From positions 11,220-75,219 of IMG/VR virus record IMGVR_UViG_3300029288_000150: a DNA stretch of 64,000 nt; one strand, given 5' to 3'. The DNA comes from a virus (taxonomy: Duplodnaviria > Caudoviricetes). The translations under genes and the position numbers were made by a program. Of this stretch, positions 25,270 through 33,580 are shown one piece after another (the stretch's first letter is position 1; each line of letters opens with the position of its first letter). The notes beneath the pieces are model-generated. The model worked only from the letters and a program-made list of their open reading frames with translations, was not told the DNA's origin and ran no database searches.

Positions 25270-26416
25270 CAAGTTAACCGTCGTCGTCACCGCCGCCGGC
25301 TGCCCGGGCGGCCCGTCCGTAGTGCGGGCCCTGCGAGAGGGCTTCCGCGTGGTCGCCACCGACCGCGACCCGGAAGCCTCGGGCCGGTTCTTTGCCGACG
25401 CCTTCCACGTCGTGCCCGGGGGCAACGAGCCCGGGTTCGTGGAGGCCCTCTTGGACGTGTGCGCCCGGGAGGGGGCTGCGGCCCTGGTGCCGGAGTCCAG
25501 CGGCGAGGTGCTGGCTGTGGGGGAGCGGCGGGCGGACTTTGAGGCCCAGGGCGTCAAGGCGCTGGTGAGCGAGCCCGGGGCCGTGGCCGTGGCACTGGAC
25601 AAGGCCAGGACCTACCAGGCCCTGGAGGGGGCGGGAGTGCCCCTGCCCCGGTGGAAACTCGTCGGGTCGGAGTACCCGCCGCGCTCTGATGACCTTTACC
25701 GCATCATGGAGGCCGCCCACGGGTTGGGTTTCCCCCGCGAGCCCGTGGTCCTGAAACGCCCGACGGGCAAGGGCGGGCGGGGCTTCTGGATTGTAGAGCC
25801 CTGGGGTTACTCCGGGCCGCGCATAGGCCAGGACTTGCGGACCTGGCCCAACGCCCAGCGGGTGAGAATGGACGAGGTGGCCGCCTGGGCCAACTATCGC
25901 CTGAGCCGGGACCAGGGCCTGGGGCGCTGGCTGGTCATGGAGTACCTGGAAAACGACCCCGCCCGCCCCGACACGGCCGACCTGTATGGGACGGCCTTTG
26001 GCTACACCAAGATCCGGGGGGACTGCCGGAACGGCGTCCACTTCCGGCACGAGGCCCGCTTCGATCCCGAGCTCTTGGGCATGGCCCGCCGGGCCGTGGA
26101 GCGCCTCGGCCTGGAGCACTTTGTCAACGTCCAATTCATGGGCGGCAAGCTCCTGGAGGTCAACCCCAGGATTAGCACCCAGATCCTGGCCCCGGGCTAC
26201 AACATGCCCCTGGCGGGGGTACAGCTCGCCCTGGGGCTGGTGGACCAGGTGACGGCCACCCTGCCCGACGGGACGCGGGCGGGGTACTATCTCGACCTGC
26301 GGAGCTACACGCCGGCCGGCCCAGTTGCGGGCGGTTGCGGCGGGTGCGGTTGTGGCGGCGGCGCGGCGTGCGACCGCCGGCATTGTGCCCCCGGCCCGGG
26401 CGGGGCGGGGGCCTGA
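25262..26416 (+). CDS. ATP-grasp domain protein
   Basis: VVTAAGCPG, LDKARTY, VLKRPTGKGGRGF, LVMEYL, VNVQF..LLEVNPRIS. Confidence 0.85.
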   Translation: MPDKLTVVVTAAGCPGGPSVVRALREGFRVVATDRDPEASGRFFADAFHVVPGGNEPGFVEALLDVCAREGAAALVPESSGEVLAVGERRADFEAQGVKALVSEPGAVAVALDKARTYQALEGAGVPLPRWKLVGSEYPPRSDDLYRIMEAAHGLGFPREPVVLKRPTGKGGRGFWIVEPWGYSGPRIGQDLRTWPNAQRVRMDEVAAWANYRLSRDQGLGRWLVMEYLENDPARPDTADLYGTAFGYTKIRGDCRNGVHFRHEARFDPELLGMARRAVERLGLEHFVNVQFMGGKLLEVNPRISTQILAPGYNMPLAGVQLALGLVDQVTATLPDGTRAGYYLDLRSYTPAGPVAGGCGGCGCGGGAACDRRHCAPGPGGAGA

Positions 26417-26431
26417 AAGGAAGGGCAAACG

Positions 26432-27067
26432 ATGGACGAGAGCGAGATGGACTTTGTCAAGGACGTGCGCCGGGCGCTGCGGGCCGACGAACCGCCCGCC
26501 CTGGACCTGCCCCTGGGGGAGGAGTACCCCGGCTGCGTGGTGGCCCCCGACTTCCGGCACGGGGCCAACTTCAAAATCGGGCGCTTCTGCGTTATCGAGG
26601 AGGGCTGTATCGTCGGGGATGACGTGACCATGGGGCATTACGTCCTGCTCAAAAAGGGAACCGTGATCGGGGATCGGGTCTTTGTCGATTCCTACGTAAA
26701 GAGCAGCGGCCAGAACCGGATCGGGGACGACGTCACGCTCCGGTTTAACGCCACGATCGCCCGCGAGGTGACCGTCGAGGACGGGGCCTTTATCAGCCCC
26801 AACGTCATGACCGTCTACTCGACCCACCAGGGCGAGAAGCGGGGCGGGACGGTGATCGGCGCCGGCTGCCACGTCGGCACCAACGCCGTGCTGGGGCCCA
26901 ACGTCCACCTGGCGCCGGGCACCGTGATCGGGGCGCTGGCCTACGTGAACAGGAATATCGACGAGCCGGGCATCTACGGCGGCATCCCCGCCCGCCTGCT
27001 CAAACCCGGCCTGCACGCCGCCACGCCCGAGGCCAGGGCGACCTACATCCAGGACTACAAGAAATGA
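26432..27067 (+). CDS. Hexapeptide-repeat (LbH) acyltransferase
   Basis: Repeated (I/V)GDD(V/C) hexapeptides, IGAGCHVGTNAVL, GIYGGIPARL. Confidence 0.85.
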   Translation: MDESEMDFVKDVRRALRADEPPALDLPLGEEYPGCVVAPDFRHGANFKIGRFCVIEEGCIVGDDVTMGHYVLLKKGTVIGDRVFVDSYVKSSGQNRIGDDVTLRFNATIAREVTVEDGAFISPNVMTVYSTHQGEKRGGTVIGAGCHVGTNAVLGPNVHLAPGTVIGALAYVNRNIDEPGIYGGIPARLLKPGLHAATPEARATYIQDYKK

Positions 27068-27702
27068 GCGAGCCGGTGGCCTGTGTCCTCGAGGCCCGCG
27101 CCGTCTTGCGCTGGGCCCTGCAGCAATACCCCGAGCCGGGCCGCGTGGCCATGACCTCGGCCTTCGGCCTGTCGGGCTGTGCCCTGATCCACCTGGTCTA
27201 CGGGGAGCTGGGCTGGGAGGTGCCGGTCCTGTTCGTGAACACCGGGCACCTGTTCCCCGAGACCCTGGAGACGCGGGACCGGCTCCGGGAGCGGTACGGG
27301 CTGGACCTGGTCGAAATCGAGGCCAGGGGAAAGATGCCCCCGCCCGGCCATGCCCAGTGCTGCCAGAAACGCAAGGTCGAGCCCATGCGGGCGCTCCTGG
27401 AAAAGGTGGCCCCCGCGGCGCTCCTGTCGGCCCGGGGGCGATTCCAGGCCGTCACCCGCCTTGACCTGCAACTCGTCGAGTGGGAGCGGCGGCCCCTGCG
27501 CGTCAACCCCCTGGCCAACTGGGCCCAGGGGGACGTCGAGGCTTACGTCCGGGACAACGGCGTGCCCTACAACCCCCTGTACGACGAGGGGTATTTTTCC
27601 ATCGGCTGCCGGCCCTGCACGCGGGCGGTCAAGGCCGGCGAGGACGTGCGGGCCGGGCGCTGGGACGGCCTGGGCAGGGTCGAGTGCGGGCTGTGGACGT
27701 GA
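27064..27702 (+). CDS. cysH: Adenylyl-/phosphoadenylyl-sulfate reductase
   Basis: TSAFG, FVNTGHLFPETL, CCQKRKVEP, VNPLANW, YNPLYDEGYFSIGCRPCT, RAGRW, ECGL; CC...CxxC Fe-S signature of APS reductases. Confidence 0.92.
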   Translation: MSEPVACVLEARAVLRWALQQYPEPGRVAMTSAFGLSGCALIHLVYGELGWEVPVLFVNTGHLFPETLETRDRLRERYGLDLVEIEARGKMPPPGHAQCCQKRKVEPMRALLEKVAPAALLSARGRFQAVTRLDLQLVEWERRPLRVNPLANWAQGDVEAYVRDNGVPYNPLYDEGYFSIGCRPCTRAVKAGEDVRAGRWDGLGRVECGLWT

Positions 27703-27705
27703 GCC

Positions 27706-28455
27706 ATGCTCGCGCATGAGTGGGTCAAGGTCCACCCCGGGCTGGAGGGCACCTGGGACGTGGTCCTGCGGCTGGGGCCGGGTGACGGCCTGCTCCTGGC
27801 CGGGGGCCTGGCGGAGCGGGCCTGGGCCGTGGCGTTTGCCGAGAAGGTGCGCGGGGCGCTCCGGGCGTACGCCGGGGACGCCATCCGCGCCGGGGAGAGC
27901 GAGCCCGCCCGGCTCACGGACAACCTGTACCTGGCGGCCGGGCGGCGGGCCTTTCGGCCGAACAATGCCCGCCTGCGGGCCATGGCCGGCCTGTGCGCCG
28001 GGCCCCGGGTGCTGGACGTGGGCTGCGGGGCGGGGGATCTGCTCCTGATGCTCCGCGAGGGGGACCGGCACCTCCACCTGGCCGGCACGGAGATCAGCCG
28101 GGTCGCGGCGGGCATGGCGCTGGGCCGGGTGCGGGCGGTCCACGTCCACCTGACCGACGGCATCCCGCCCGGGCCGTGGAACACGATCGTCATGGGCCAG
28201 CTCCTGGAGCACCTGGCCGACGACGAGGCCATGGTCGACGCGGCGGCGGGGGAGCTGGTCCCCGGCGGCCGGCTGGTGGTCTCCGTGCCCAACGGCCCGG
28301 CCGTCCAGAGCCCGGACCACGTCCGGGAGTACACGCCCCGGACGCTGCGGGCCCTGTTGCGGCGCGTGGGCCGGGTGCGGCCCCGGCACTGGGGCGGGGA
28401 GGAAACCAGGCTCATCATGTGGGCGGAGAAGGACGGGCGGGCCGAGGGGGGATGA
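27706..28455 (+). CDS. Class I SAM-dependent methyltransferase
   Basis: VLDVGCGAG, QLLEHL, PGGRLVVSVPN. Confidence 0.85.
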   Translation: MLAHEWVKVHPGLEGTWDVVLRLGPGDGLLLAGGLAERAWAVAFAEKVRGALRAYAGDAIRAGESEPARLTDNLYLAAGRRAFRPNNARLRAMAGLCAGPRVLDVGCGAGDLLLMLREGDRHLHLAGTEISRVAAGMALGRVRAVHVHLTDGIPPGPWNTIVMGQLLEHLADDEAMVDAAAGELVPGGRLVVSVPNGPAVQSPDHVREYTPRTLRALLRRVGRVRPRHWGGEETRLIMWAEKDGRAEGG

Positions 28456-29195
28456 TGCGGGCAAAGCGCACGGGTGCGGAATGGGAGGAGGTTTGCCGGG
28501 CGGGCGTCTGGACCGGCTATCAGCCCGGCGGCAAGGCGGGCCGCCGCTACCTGTACCGGCGGGGGGTCGCCATCGTGCGCGACAGGCTCAAGCCGTGGGC
28601 GATCTGGCGGCCGGGCGACGCGGTGCTGGACCTGGGTTGCGGCAACGGGCAGGTGGCCATGGGCCTGCTGGACGAGGGCCTGGGGGGCTATTGGGGCCTC
28701 GACGTGTGCGCCGGGGCCATCGCGTTCTGCCGGGCGGCCTTTGCGCCGTGGCCCGAGTTCCGGTTCCGCCACCTGGACGTGCGGAATGCCCGTTATGCGC
28801 CGCAGGGTGCGATGGAGCCGGCGGCGATGCGCCTGCCCTTCGAGGCGGGCACCTTCGACGCGGCGCTGTGCAAGAGTTTGTTCAGCCACCTGGAGACCGA
28901 GGCCGTGGCCCGGCGATATGTCGGCGAGCTGGCGCGGGTGATCCGGCCGGGGGGCAGGCTCTACTCGACGTGGTTTGTATCACCGCCGAACGAGGTGACG
29001 GCGAGCCCGGCCCGCACGGTCTACCGCCGGGCGTTCGTGGAGGAGTTGCTCGCCGGGGCCGGCTTTCGCGCGATCGCCTCCGGGGGCGGGTACACCACGG
29101 GCAAGAACGACCAGTGGGCATTATTGGCAGAGAGGGCAGGGGCGGCGGAGCCTGGAGGGGAACGTGGGCTGGAAGTGGAACCAGACAGCGCATAG
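28452..29195 (+). CDS. Class I SAM-dependent methyltransferase
   Basis: VLDLGCGNG, YWGLDV, FDAALCKSLFSHL, RVIRPGG. Confidence 0.85.
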   Translation: MMRAKRTGAEWEEVCRAGVWTGYQPGGKAGRRYLYRRGVAIVRDRLKPWAIWRPGDAVLDLGCGNGQVAMGLLDEGLGGYWGLDVCAGAIAFCRAAFAPWPEFRFRHLDVRNARYAPQGAMEPAAMRLPFEAGTFDAALCKSLFSHLETEAVARRYVGELARVIRPGGRLYSTWFVSPPNEVTASPARTVYRRAFVEELLAGAGFRAIASGGGYTTGKNDQWALLAERAGAAEPGGERGLEVEPDSA

Positions 29196-29802
29196 ATACT
29201 ACAACACCGACACGGGCCGGTTTCTGACCCACGCGCGGGCCCTGGAGTTCATCGAGCAGGGCCTGGCGGCCTCGGGCTCCGTGGTGGACAACCTGGCGGC
29301 CTACGTGGCCGACGGGCTGCTGGCGCCGGGGGACTGGTATACCCTCATGGCCCGGGAGGTCAAAGGCGAGTACATCCGCCAGTACCTGGCGGGGATCGGC
29401 GGCCGGGCGCAGATGACCCAGGCAGACTGGGGCTCTATCGGCGGGATGCTCAAGGAGCAATACGGGCACCTCCAGGGCTTCATGGAGGAGATCGCCCAGG
29501 GCAAGCTGTCCGAGGCCCAGATCCGGGCGCGGGCCCGGATGTATACCAACTCCGCCCGTGAGGCTTACGAGCGGGCACACGCCAAGGTGGCCGGGCAGGC
29601 GGGCAACGACCAGGAGATTTGGGTCCTGTCGGCCGCCGAGCATTGCGAGGACTGCCTGGCCTTCGCCGCGGAGAACTGGCAACCCCTGGGCCATTTCCCC
29701 ATGCCGGGGGCGGGCCATACGAAATGCCTGACCAACTGCGGGTGTCACCTCGAGTACCGCAAATCAGAGACTGGCGAGGTCTGGGGGGAGGAGGTGGCCT
29801 AG
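29164..29802 (+). CDS. Minor head / head morphogenesis protein (gp7/MuF-like)
   Basis: C-terminal WVLSAAEHCEDC...PGAGHTKCLTNCGCHLEY Cys/His cluster. Confidence 0.65.
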   Translation: MGWKWNQTAHRYYNTDTGRFLTHARALEFIEQGLAASGSVVDNLAAYVADGLLAPGDWYTLMAREVKGEYIRQYLAGIGGRAQMTQADWGSIGGMLKEQYGHLQGFMEEIAQGKLSEAQIRARARMYTNSAREAYERAHAKVAGQAGNDQEIWVLSAAEHCEDCLAFAAENWQPLGHFPMPGAGHTKCLTNCGCHLEYRKSETGEVWGEEVA

Positions 29803-30090
29803 ATGCCTGCCGCCATGGCCGATGGTTCGGGTCCCGGGGAGCCGCCCCGCCCCCAGCCCCAGGAGACCCGCCGCACCTACCGCCCGACGGTCACGCCCGC
29901 GGGCGAGGTGCTGGTCGCCGGCTGCTCCCTGGGCACCGTGGAACGCGGCCCCGACGGGCAGCCGGTCCTGGTGCTGCGCGACCGCTGCCGGCCCCGCTCC
30001 CAGGCCCGCGGCACCGACCGGCCGGCGGTCTGCATCGAGGACCTGGCGGCGGCGGTGCGGGGGGCCGTGGGGGACAAGGGCGAGGGGTAG
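29803..30090 (+). CDS. Hypothetical protein
   Basis: GGAGG RBS; abuts upstream stop. Confidence 0.45.
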   Translation: MPAAMADGSGPGEPPRPQPQETRRTYRPTVTPAGEVLVAGCSLGTVERGPDGQPVLVLRDRCRPRSQARGTDRPAVCIEDLAAAVRGAVGDKGEG

Positions 30091-30100
30091 GGACTTGTCA

Positions 30101-30913
30101 TCATTTGCCGAAACTTGGTTCCCAATCTGGCCCGCCGTAGCGTTTGCGATCCCGCAGGGCACCGTCACGAACCCTATCCAAAGCTTCGGTTATTGAGTCA
30201 ACATTGCCAAACGAGACCGAGAAGATCGCGTCGTCTTCACAGTCATAATCGTTCTCGCCCTTGCCTGGTACGGGGATTGGCACTGGTAGGTCAACCGTGG
30301 TTGTGTTCTGCACGCGCCGAAACCAACGCGAACGCTTGTACACCGACCTCTTGACTTTGTAAGTCGCCCGATAGATGTTCTCTGGCATCATTACATCGCC
30401 GGTTCCCTCGTCAACCGTCTCGATGCTAATTCGCTTCTCTCTGCCAAGCAGCAGGTCAGGTAGGTTAATGTTGAATTCCCACCACCACGGATCATTGCGG
30501 CTTGACTCGTTTGGGTTCTCCCACAAGCTGAACCAGAGCGTGGCATTGAAAATGCGTACGCCGATTTGCCGCTCAACCGGCATCCTGAACCAACGCCCGT
30601 CACGACTGGATTGAACCATCTTCCCCGGCATCCACCTGTCGAACCAGGGAAAGTCAAAGGTCAACCAGTGGGTAAATAGGTGCCACAGGCCAAGGCTAAA
30701 CGTAAGCTCTCGCCCGGTATCGCCTCCAGCAAGTTTAACCGTTGCCCTAGTAAACCGGGCCTCTTTGCCGTGTGCCCACTCCAGGCGAATGGTCCAGTGT
30801 TCACCGTGTAGCCATGCCCGACCATGCCAGAACATGGCCCGCTTAGGCTTGTCGCCCCAGGAGTCGGTCAAGTTTTGCGAGCTGATCCAAACCGTATCAG
30901 TAATGTGTTTCAT
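30101..30913 (-). CDS. Hypothetical Trp-rich protein (moron operon)
   Basis: Long ORF in lower-GC block; ATG 30913 after AAAGGGA. Confidence 0.7.
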   Translation of the reverse strand: MKHITDTVWISSQNLTDSWGDKPKRAMFWHGRAWLHGEHWTIRLEWAHGKEARFTRATVKLAGGDTGRELTFSLGLWHLFTHWLTFDFPWFDRWMPGKMVQSSRDGRWFRMPVERQIGVRIFNATLWFSLWENPNESSRNDPWWWEFNINLPDLLLGREKRISIETVDEGTGDVMMPENIYRATYKVKRSVYKRSRWFRRVQNTTTVDLPVPIPVPGKGENDYDCEDDAIFSVSFGNVDSITEALDRVRDGALRDRKRYGGPDWEPSFGK

Positions 30914-30946
30914 CCCCAATCCCTTTCAGCAATCCGTTGCTTTCGT

Positions 30947-31318
30947 CTATTCCATCGCCCGGATGTCAGCGCCGCACGACCACGCCTCAGCGGCCTTGGC
31001 GTCGTGGAGGGCCACCGGATAGGACGCCGGTTTCGTCGCCACCTCTTCCCACATTGCGGCTCGCTTCTCGCAAACCAGGGCGCACCGCTCGCGCACAGCT
31101 ACCGTTGCCTGCTCCAACTTGGCCTCTGCCGCTTCGGCGCGGGCAAGAGCGGTAGTATAGGCTGCAATGATTTGCGCCATCTCAGCCTCGACTTGAGCGA
31201 GAGCCTCACGTGCCCGGGGCTCTGATTCCGCGTAGCGTTCGGACAGGTAGAGCAGAGTCGGCACGGTTCTGTTGGCGAGATTGTTGAGATGCTCCGTGAA
31301 CTCCTGAACTGTAGTCAT
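30947..31318 (-). CDS. Hypothetical coiled-coil protein
   Basis: GGGGA RBS before ATG 31318. Confidence 0.6.
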   Translation of the reverse strand: MTTVQEFTEHLNNLANRTVPTLLYLSERYAESEPRAREALAQVEAEMAQIIAAYTTALARAEAAEAKLEQATVAVRERCALVCEKRAAMWEEVATKPASYPVALHDAKAAEAWSCGADIRAME

Positions 31319-31319
31319 G

Positions 31320-31628
31320 TTATCCCCCTGCCTCCAACTGCTCCCGCAGCCGCTCGACCTCAGCCTCTGCCGCGCCAATTTCGCAATCGTTGGCGTGCGT
31401 CTCAGGGTCGCCACACACCGGGCAGATGCATTTCTCGCGCCGCTCGTTGAGACGCTGGTCTAACATCTGGTCGATGTTGTCCGACTGCCCGTCGGGGTCG
31501 CCGTGAGCCAGCGCGTGCAACTCGTCAACCTCTGCGACCGACAGGTAAAAAACCGGGGCGCGGTCGGTGGTCCCGTATGTGATTCGGACCCAGTCGTCGT
31601 CCAGTGTCGCAGATAAGAACTTTGCCAT
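31320..31628 (-). CDS. Hypothetical protein with CxxC..H..C motif
   Basis: AAGGGAG RBS before ATG 31628; CICPVCGDPETHANDC. Confidence 0.6.
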   Translation of the reverse strand: MAKFLSATLDDDWVRITYGTTDRAPVFYLSVAEVDELHALAHGDPDGQSDNIDQMLDQRLNERREKCICPVCGDPETHANDCEIGAAEAEVERLREQLEAGG

Positions 31629-31665
31629 TTCTGAAACTCCCTTCTTGGAAATCGTTGCTTTACCG

Positions 31666-31836
31666 CTACTTGGCGGTGTCTGGTGCAAGCCGCTTGGCAT
31701 TCTCCAGAAACAACATGATGTCGTTCAGATGGCCGATGTAACCCATTTGCTTGCCCCTCGGCAATGCCTGGAACATTTCCTCAACTGCTTCAATCGTGCG
31801 CTGTGCTTCCGCTTTGGTGAACTCTCCCTGTGCCAT
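31666..31836 (-). CDS. Small protein (56 aa, not in ORF track)
   Basis: AAAGGA RBS; MAQGEFTKAEAQRTIEAVEEMFQALPRGKQMGYIGHLNDIMLFLENAKRLAPDTAK*; first gene after promoter. Confidence 0.65.
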   Translation of the reverse strand: MAQGEFTKAEAQRTIEAVEEMFQALPRGKQMGYIGHLNDIMLFLENAKRLAPDTAK

Positions 31837-31889
31837 TTCAAATCCTTTCCGCCGCTCGGATTGCGGCTTTCCGTTGTTAGACCTGCCCC

Positions 31890-31919
31890 ATTATACCGCA
31901 TCTTTGGACAATTGTCAAT
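31890..31919 (-). promoter_or_regulatory. Sigma70-type promoter of moron operon with operator over -35
   Basis: Minus strand TTGACA-17bp-TATAAT; operator copy TTGGACAATTGTCAAT at 31904-31919. Confidence 0.85.
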
Positions 31920-31935
31920 AGCAAACTTGCCAACC

Positions 31936-31951
31936 GTGGACAATTGGCAAC
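31936..31951. promoter_or_regulatory. Operator-like palindrome copy
   Basis: GTGGACAATTGGCAAC. Confidence 0.55.
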
Positions 31952-31986
31952 CGGGCGGCCGGTTTCTCGACTCGCCCGACAAAACC

Positions 31987-33402
31987 TGTTAGGAAAAGTT
32001 GAAAAGTGAACCGTTCGCGACGCGTTTAAAGTTCAAAGGTGAACTCGAAATTCGCCCAGCGGGAGGGCCACAGAGTGCACCATCTTGCCCTTCCACCAGA
32101 TGCGGACCTCCATAACCTGCTTGGCCGTATCAGGCACGAGATGGACTTGGACTTCCTCGTAGAGGTCCACCTTCGGAACTTCGATGGTGTGATTGAATAG
32201 CGAGATCCGTCGATACCCGTTGACGGTTCTGGACTCGCGCAGGCAAAAGACATCCTTGGGTGACGTGTAGGGCTTGGGCAAGGAGAACGGGCGGAAGAGG
32301 GTGTTGCCTTCTTTCCTGGCCCTATTGAAGCGGACACTGGGGATCTCTTTGGTGGTGGAGTGGACCTGGTGGTGGTTGTAGCGGGTTACCTCTTCCTTGA
32401 GCACAGCCCGAACCTCCTCCACGGCTGATATCTTTTCTAAAGCGCAGGTTCGAACAATGCGATCTTGCAGCCACTGGTAGGGTCTCTCGACCTTCCCCTT
32501 GGCCTGGGGAGACAGGGCATAGGTCACATCCACGCCCAAGACGCGCATCATCTTGCTCCATTGCGTTTCTACATCATCAGTTTGCAGAACGTGCTTGCGC
32601 CAGACACTGTCTCTCCCTTGAACGAAGCGGAAGACACGCAGGGAGTCTACGTAGTAGCGCAAAGGGATGCCGTAAGCCCGCACGAGGGCCTGAACGGCCT
32701 GGATATGTGCCCAGGTCGTGTCACTGGGAACAAAGTCTGCAAACAACAGCATTCGGCTGTAGTCGTCGATGGACGTGATCAGGCTCCACTTCTCTCCAGC
32801 GAAGGGAGACCATAGGTGCAGCGAGGAGTCGTGTTGAATCAGAGCGCCGATGGAAGCGGTCAGCACCTCACGGTCGTGTGCCTTTCGCTTCTTCCGTGGT
32901 TTGTAACAATCCAGGCGCTTGGCGCGGTCGATGACGGTGGTCACAGAGACCTCGATGCCCTTCTTCTTGAGACGGTCGCGTAGGGCTGAGTAGTTGTAGC
33001 CGGAGATCGGCAAGCGTTTGTCCTCGACGATCTCCTTCTCGCGCAGCAACTCCCGCTCGATCTGCGCCTCAGCGGCGACCGACAATCTATCGGGTGTATG
33101 CCTTTCGTAGCCGACGGAGAAAGCTTCAGGGTCTTGCCGGTACTCTTTGAGCAGGGCAAAGAAGCGAGTCTTGCCAATGTCCAGCATCTCCTGAATCTCG
33201 GCTCTTTCCAGTAGGCCCTGGCAGTATCCCTTGAGCAGCACCTTGACCTGGTCATCTGTGAACCGCTTGTGCAGCTGTGTCATTTCGTCCCTCCTCATCT
33301 CGAGATCGACCTGCTGGGACTCTACCACAATCGGTTCACTTTTCAACTGGAAAGAGTTCACTTTTCAGCCTTAAATGGTTCACCTTTCAACTTTCAACCA
33401 CA
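31987..33402 (-). mobile_element. Insertion sequence, IS1202/ISNCY-like, 1416 bp
   Basis: 26-bp terminal IRs TGTTAGGAAAAGTTGAAAAGTGAACC / TGTGGTTGAAAGTTGAAAGGTGAACC; 16-bp direct repeat CTCGCCCGACAAAACC at 31971-31986 and 33403-33418; subterminal GTTCAC(T/C)TTTCA repeats. Confidence 0.9.
32033..33283 (-). CDS. DDE transposase (ISNCY/IS481-like)
   Basis: LIQHDSS, SIDDYSR, YYVD, SPQAKGKVERPYQWLQDR; GAGGAG RBS before ATG 33283. Confidence 0.92.
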   Translation of the reverse strand: MTQLHKRFTDDQVKVLLKGYCQGLLERAEIQEMLDIGKTRFFALLKEYRQDPEAFSVGYERHTPDRLSVAAEAQIERELLREKEIVEDKRLPISGYNYSALRDRLKKKGIEVSVTTVIDRAKRLDCYKPRKKRKAHDREVLTASIGALIQHDSSLHLWSPFAGEKWSLITSIDDYSRMLLFADFVPSDTTWAHIQAVQALVRAYGIPLRYYVDSLRVFRFVQGRDSVWRKHVLQTDDVETQWSKMMRVLGVDVTYALSPQAKGKVERPYQWLQDRIVRTCALEKISAVEEVRAVLKEEVTRYNHHQVHSTTKEIPSVRFNRARKEGNTLFRPFSLPKPYTSPKDVFCLRESRTVNGYRRISLFNHTIEVPKVDLYEEVQVHLVPDTAKQVMEVRIWWKGKMVHSVALPLGEFRVHL

Positions 33403-33418
33403 CTCGCCCGACAAAACC

Positions 33419-33466
33419 TTGACAAACGCCGGGCGGTATGATATAATGCCGGGGACGGTTGTCCAC
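33419..33466 (+). promoter_or_regulatory. Promoter of head operon with downstream operator
   Basis: TTGACA-17bp-TATAAT (33419-33447); operator copy GGGGACGGTTGTCCAC at 33451-33466. Confidence 0.85.
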
Positions 33467-33525
33467 GTCGCGTTCGTGCGTTCGGGACAACTGTAACAGC
33501 ATAGACCATCGCTGCGCCACAGTAA

Positions 33526-33564
33526 GCGCCTTTCCGGCTTTGCACCCGGAAAGGCGTTTTTTTT
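33526..33564 (+). terminator. Intrinsic terminator in head-operon leader
   Basis: GCGCCTTTCCGG-8nt-CCGGAAAGGCGT followed by a T run. Confidence 0.85.
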
Positions 33565-33580
33565 GTGTTCGGAGGGGGCC

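Noticed and set aside
20859-29195. O-antigen seroconversion cassette
   Set aside because: No flippase, polymerase or integral-membrane glycosyltransferase; genes are coupled into the late operon (kept only as an alternative hypothesis)
29222-29246. Possible third copy of the 26-bp palindrome (GACCCACGCGCGGGCCCTGG)
   Set aside because: Not palindromic and explainable by coding sequence in high-GC DNA
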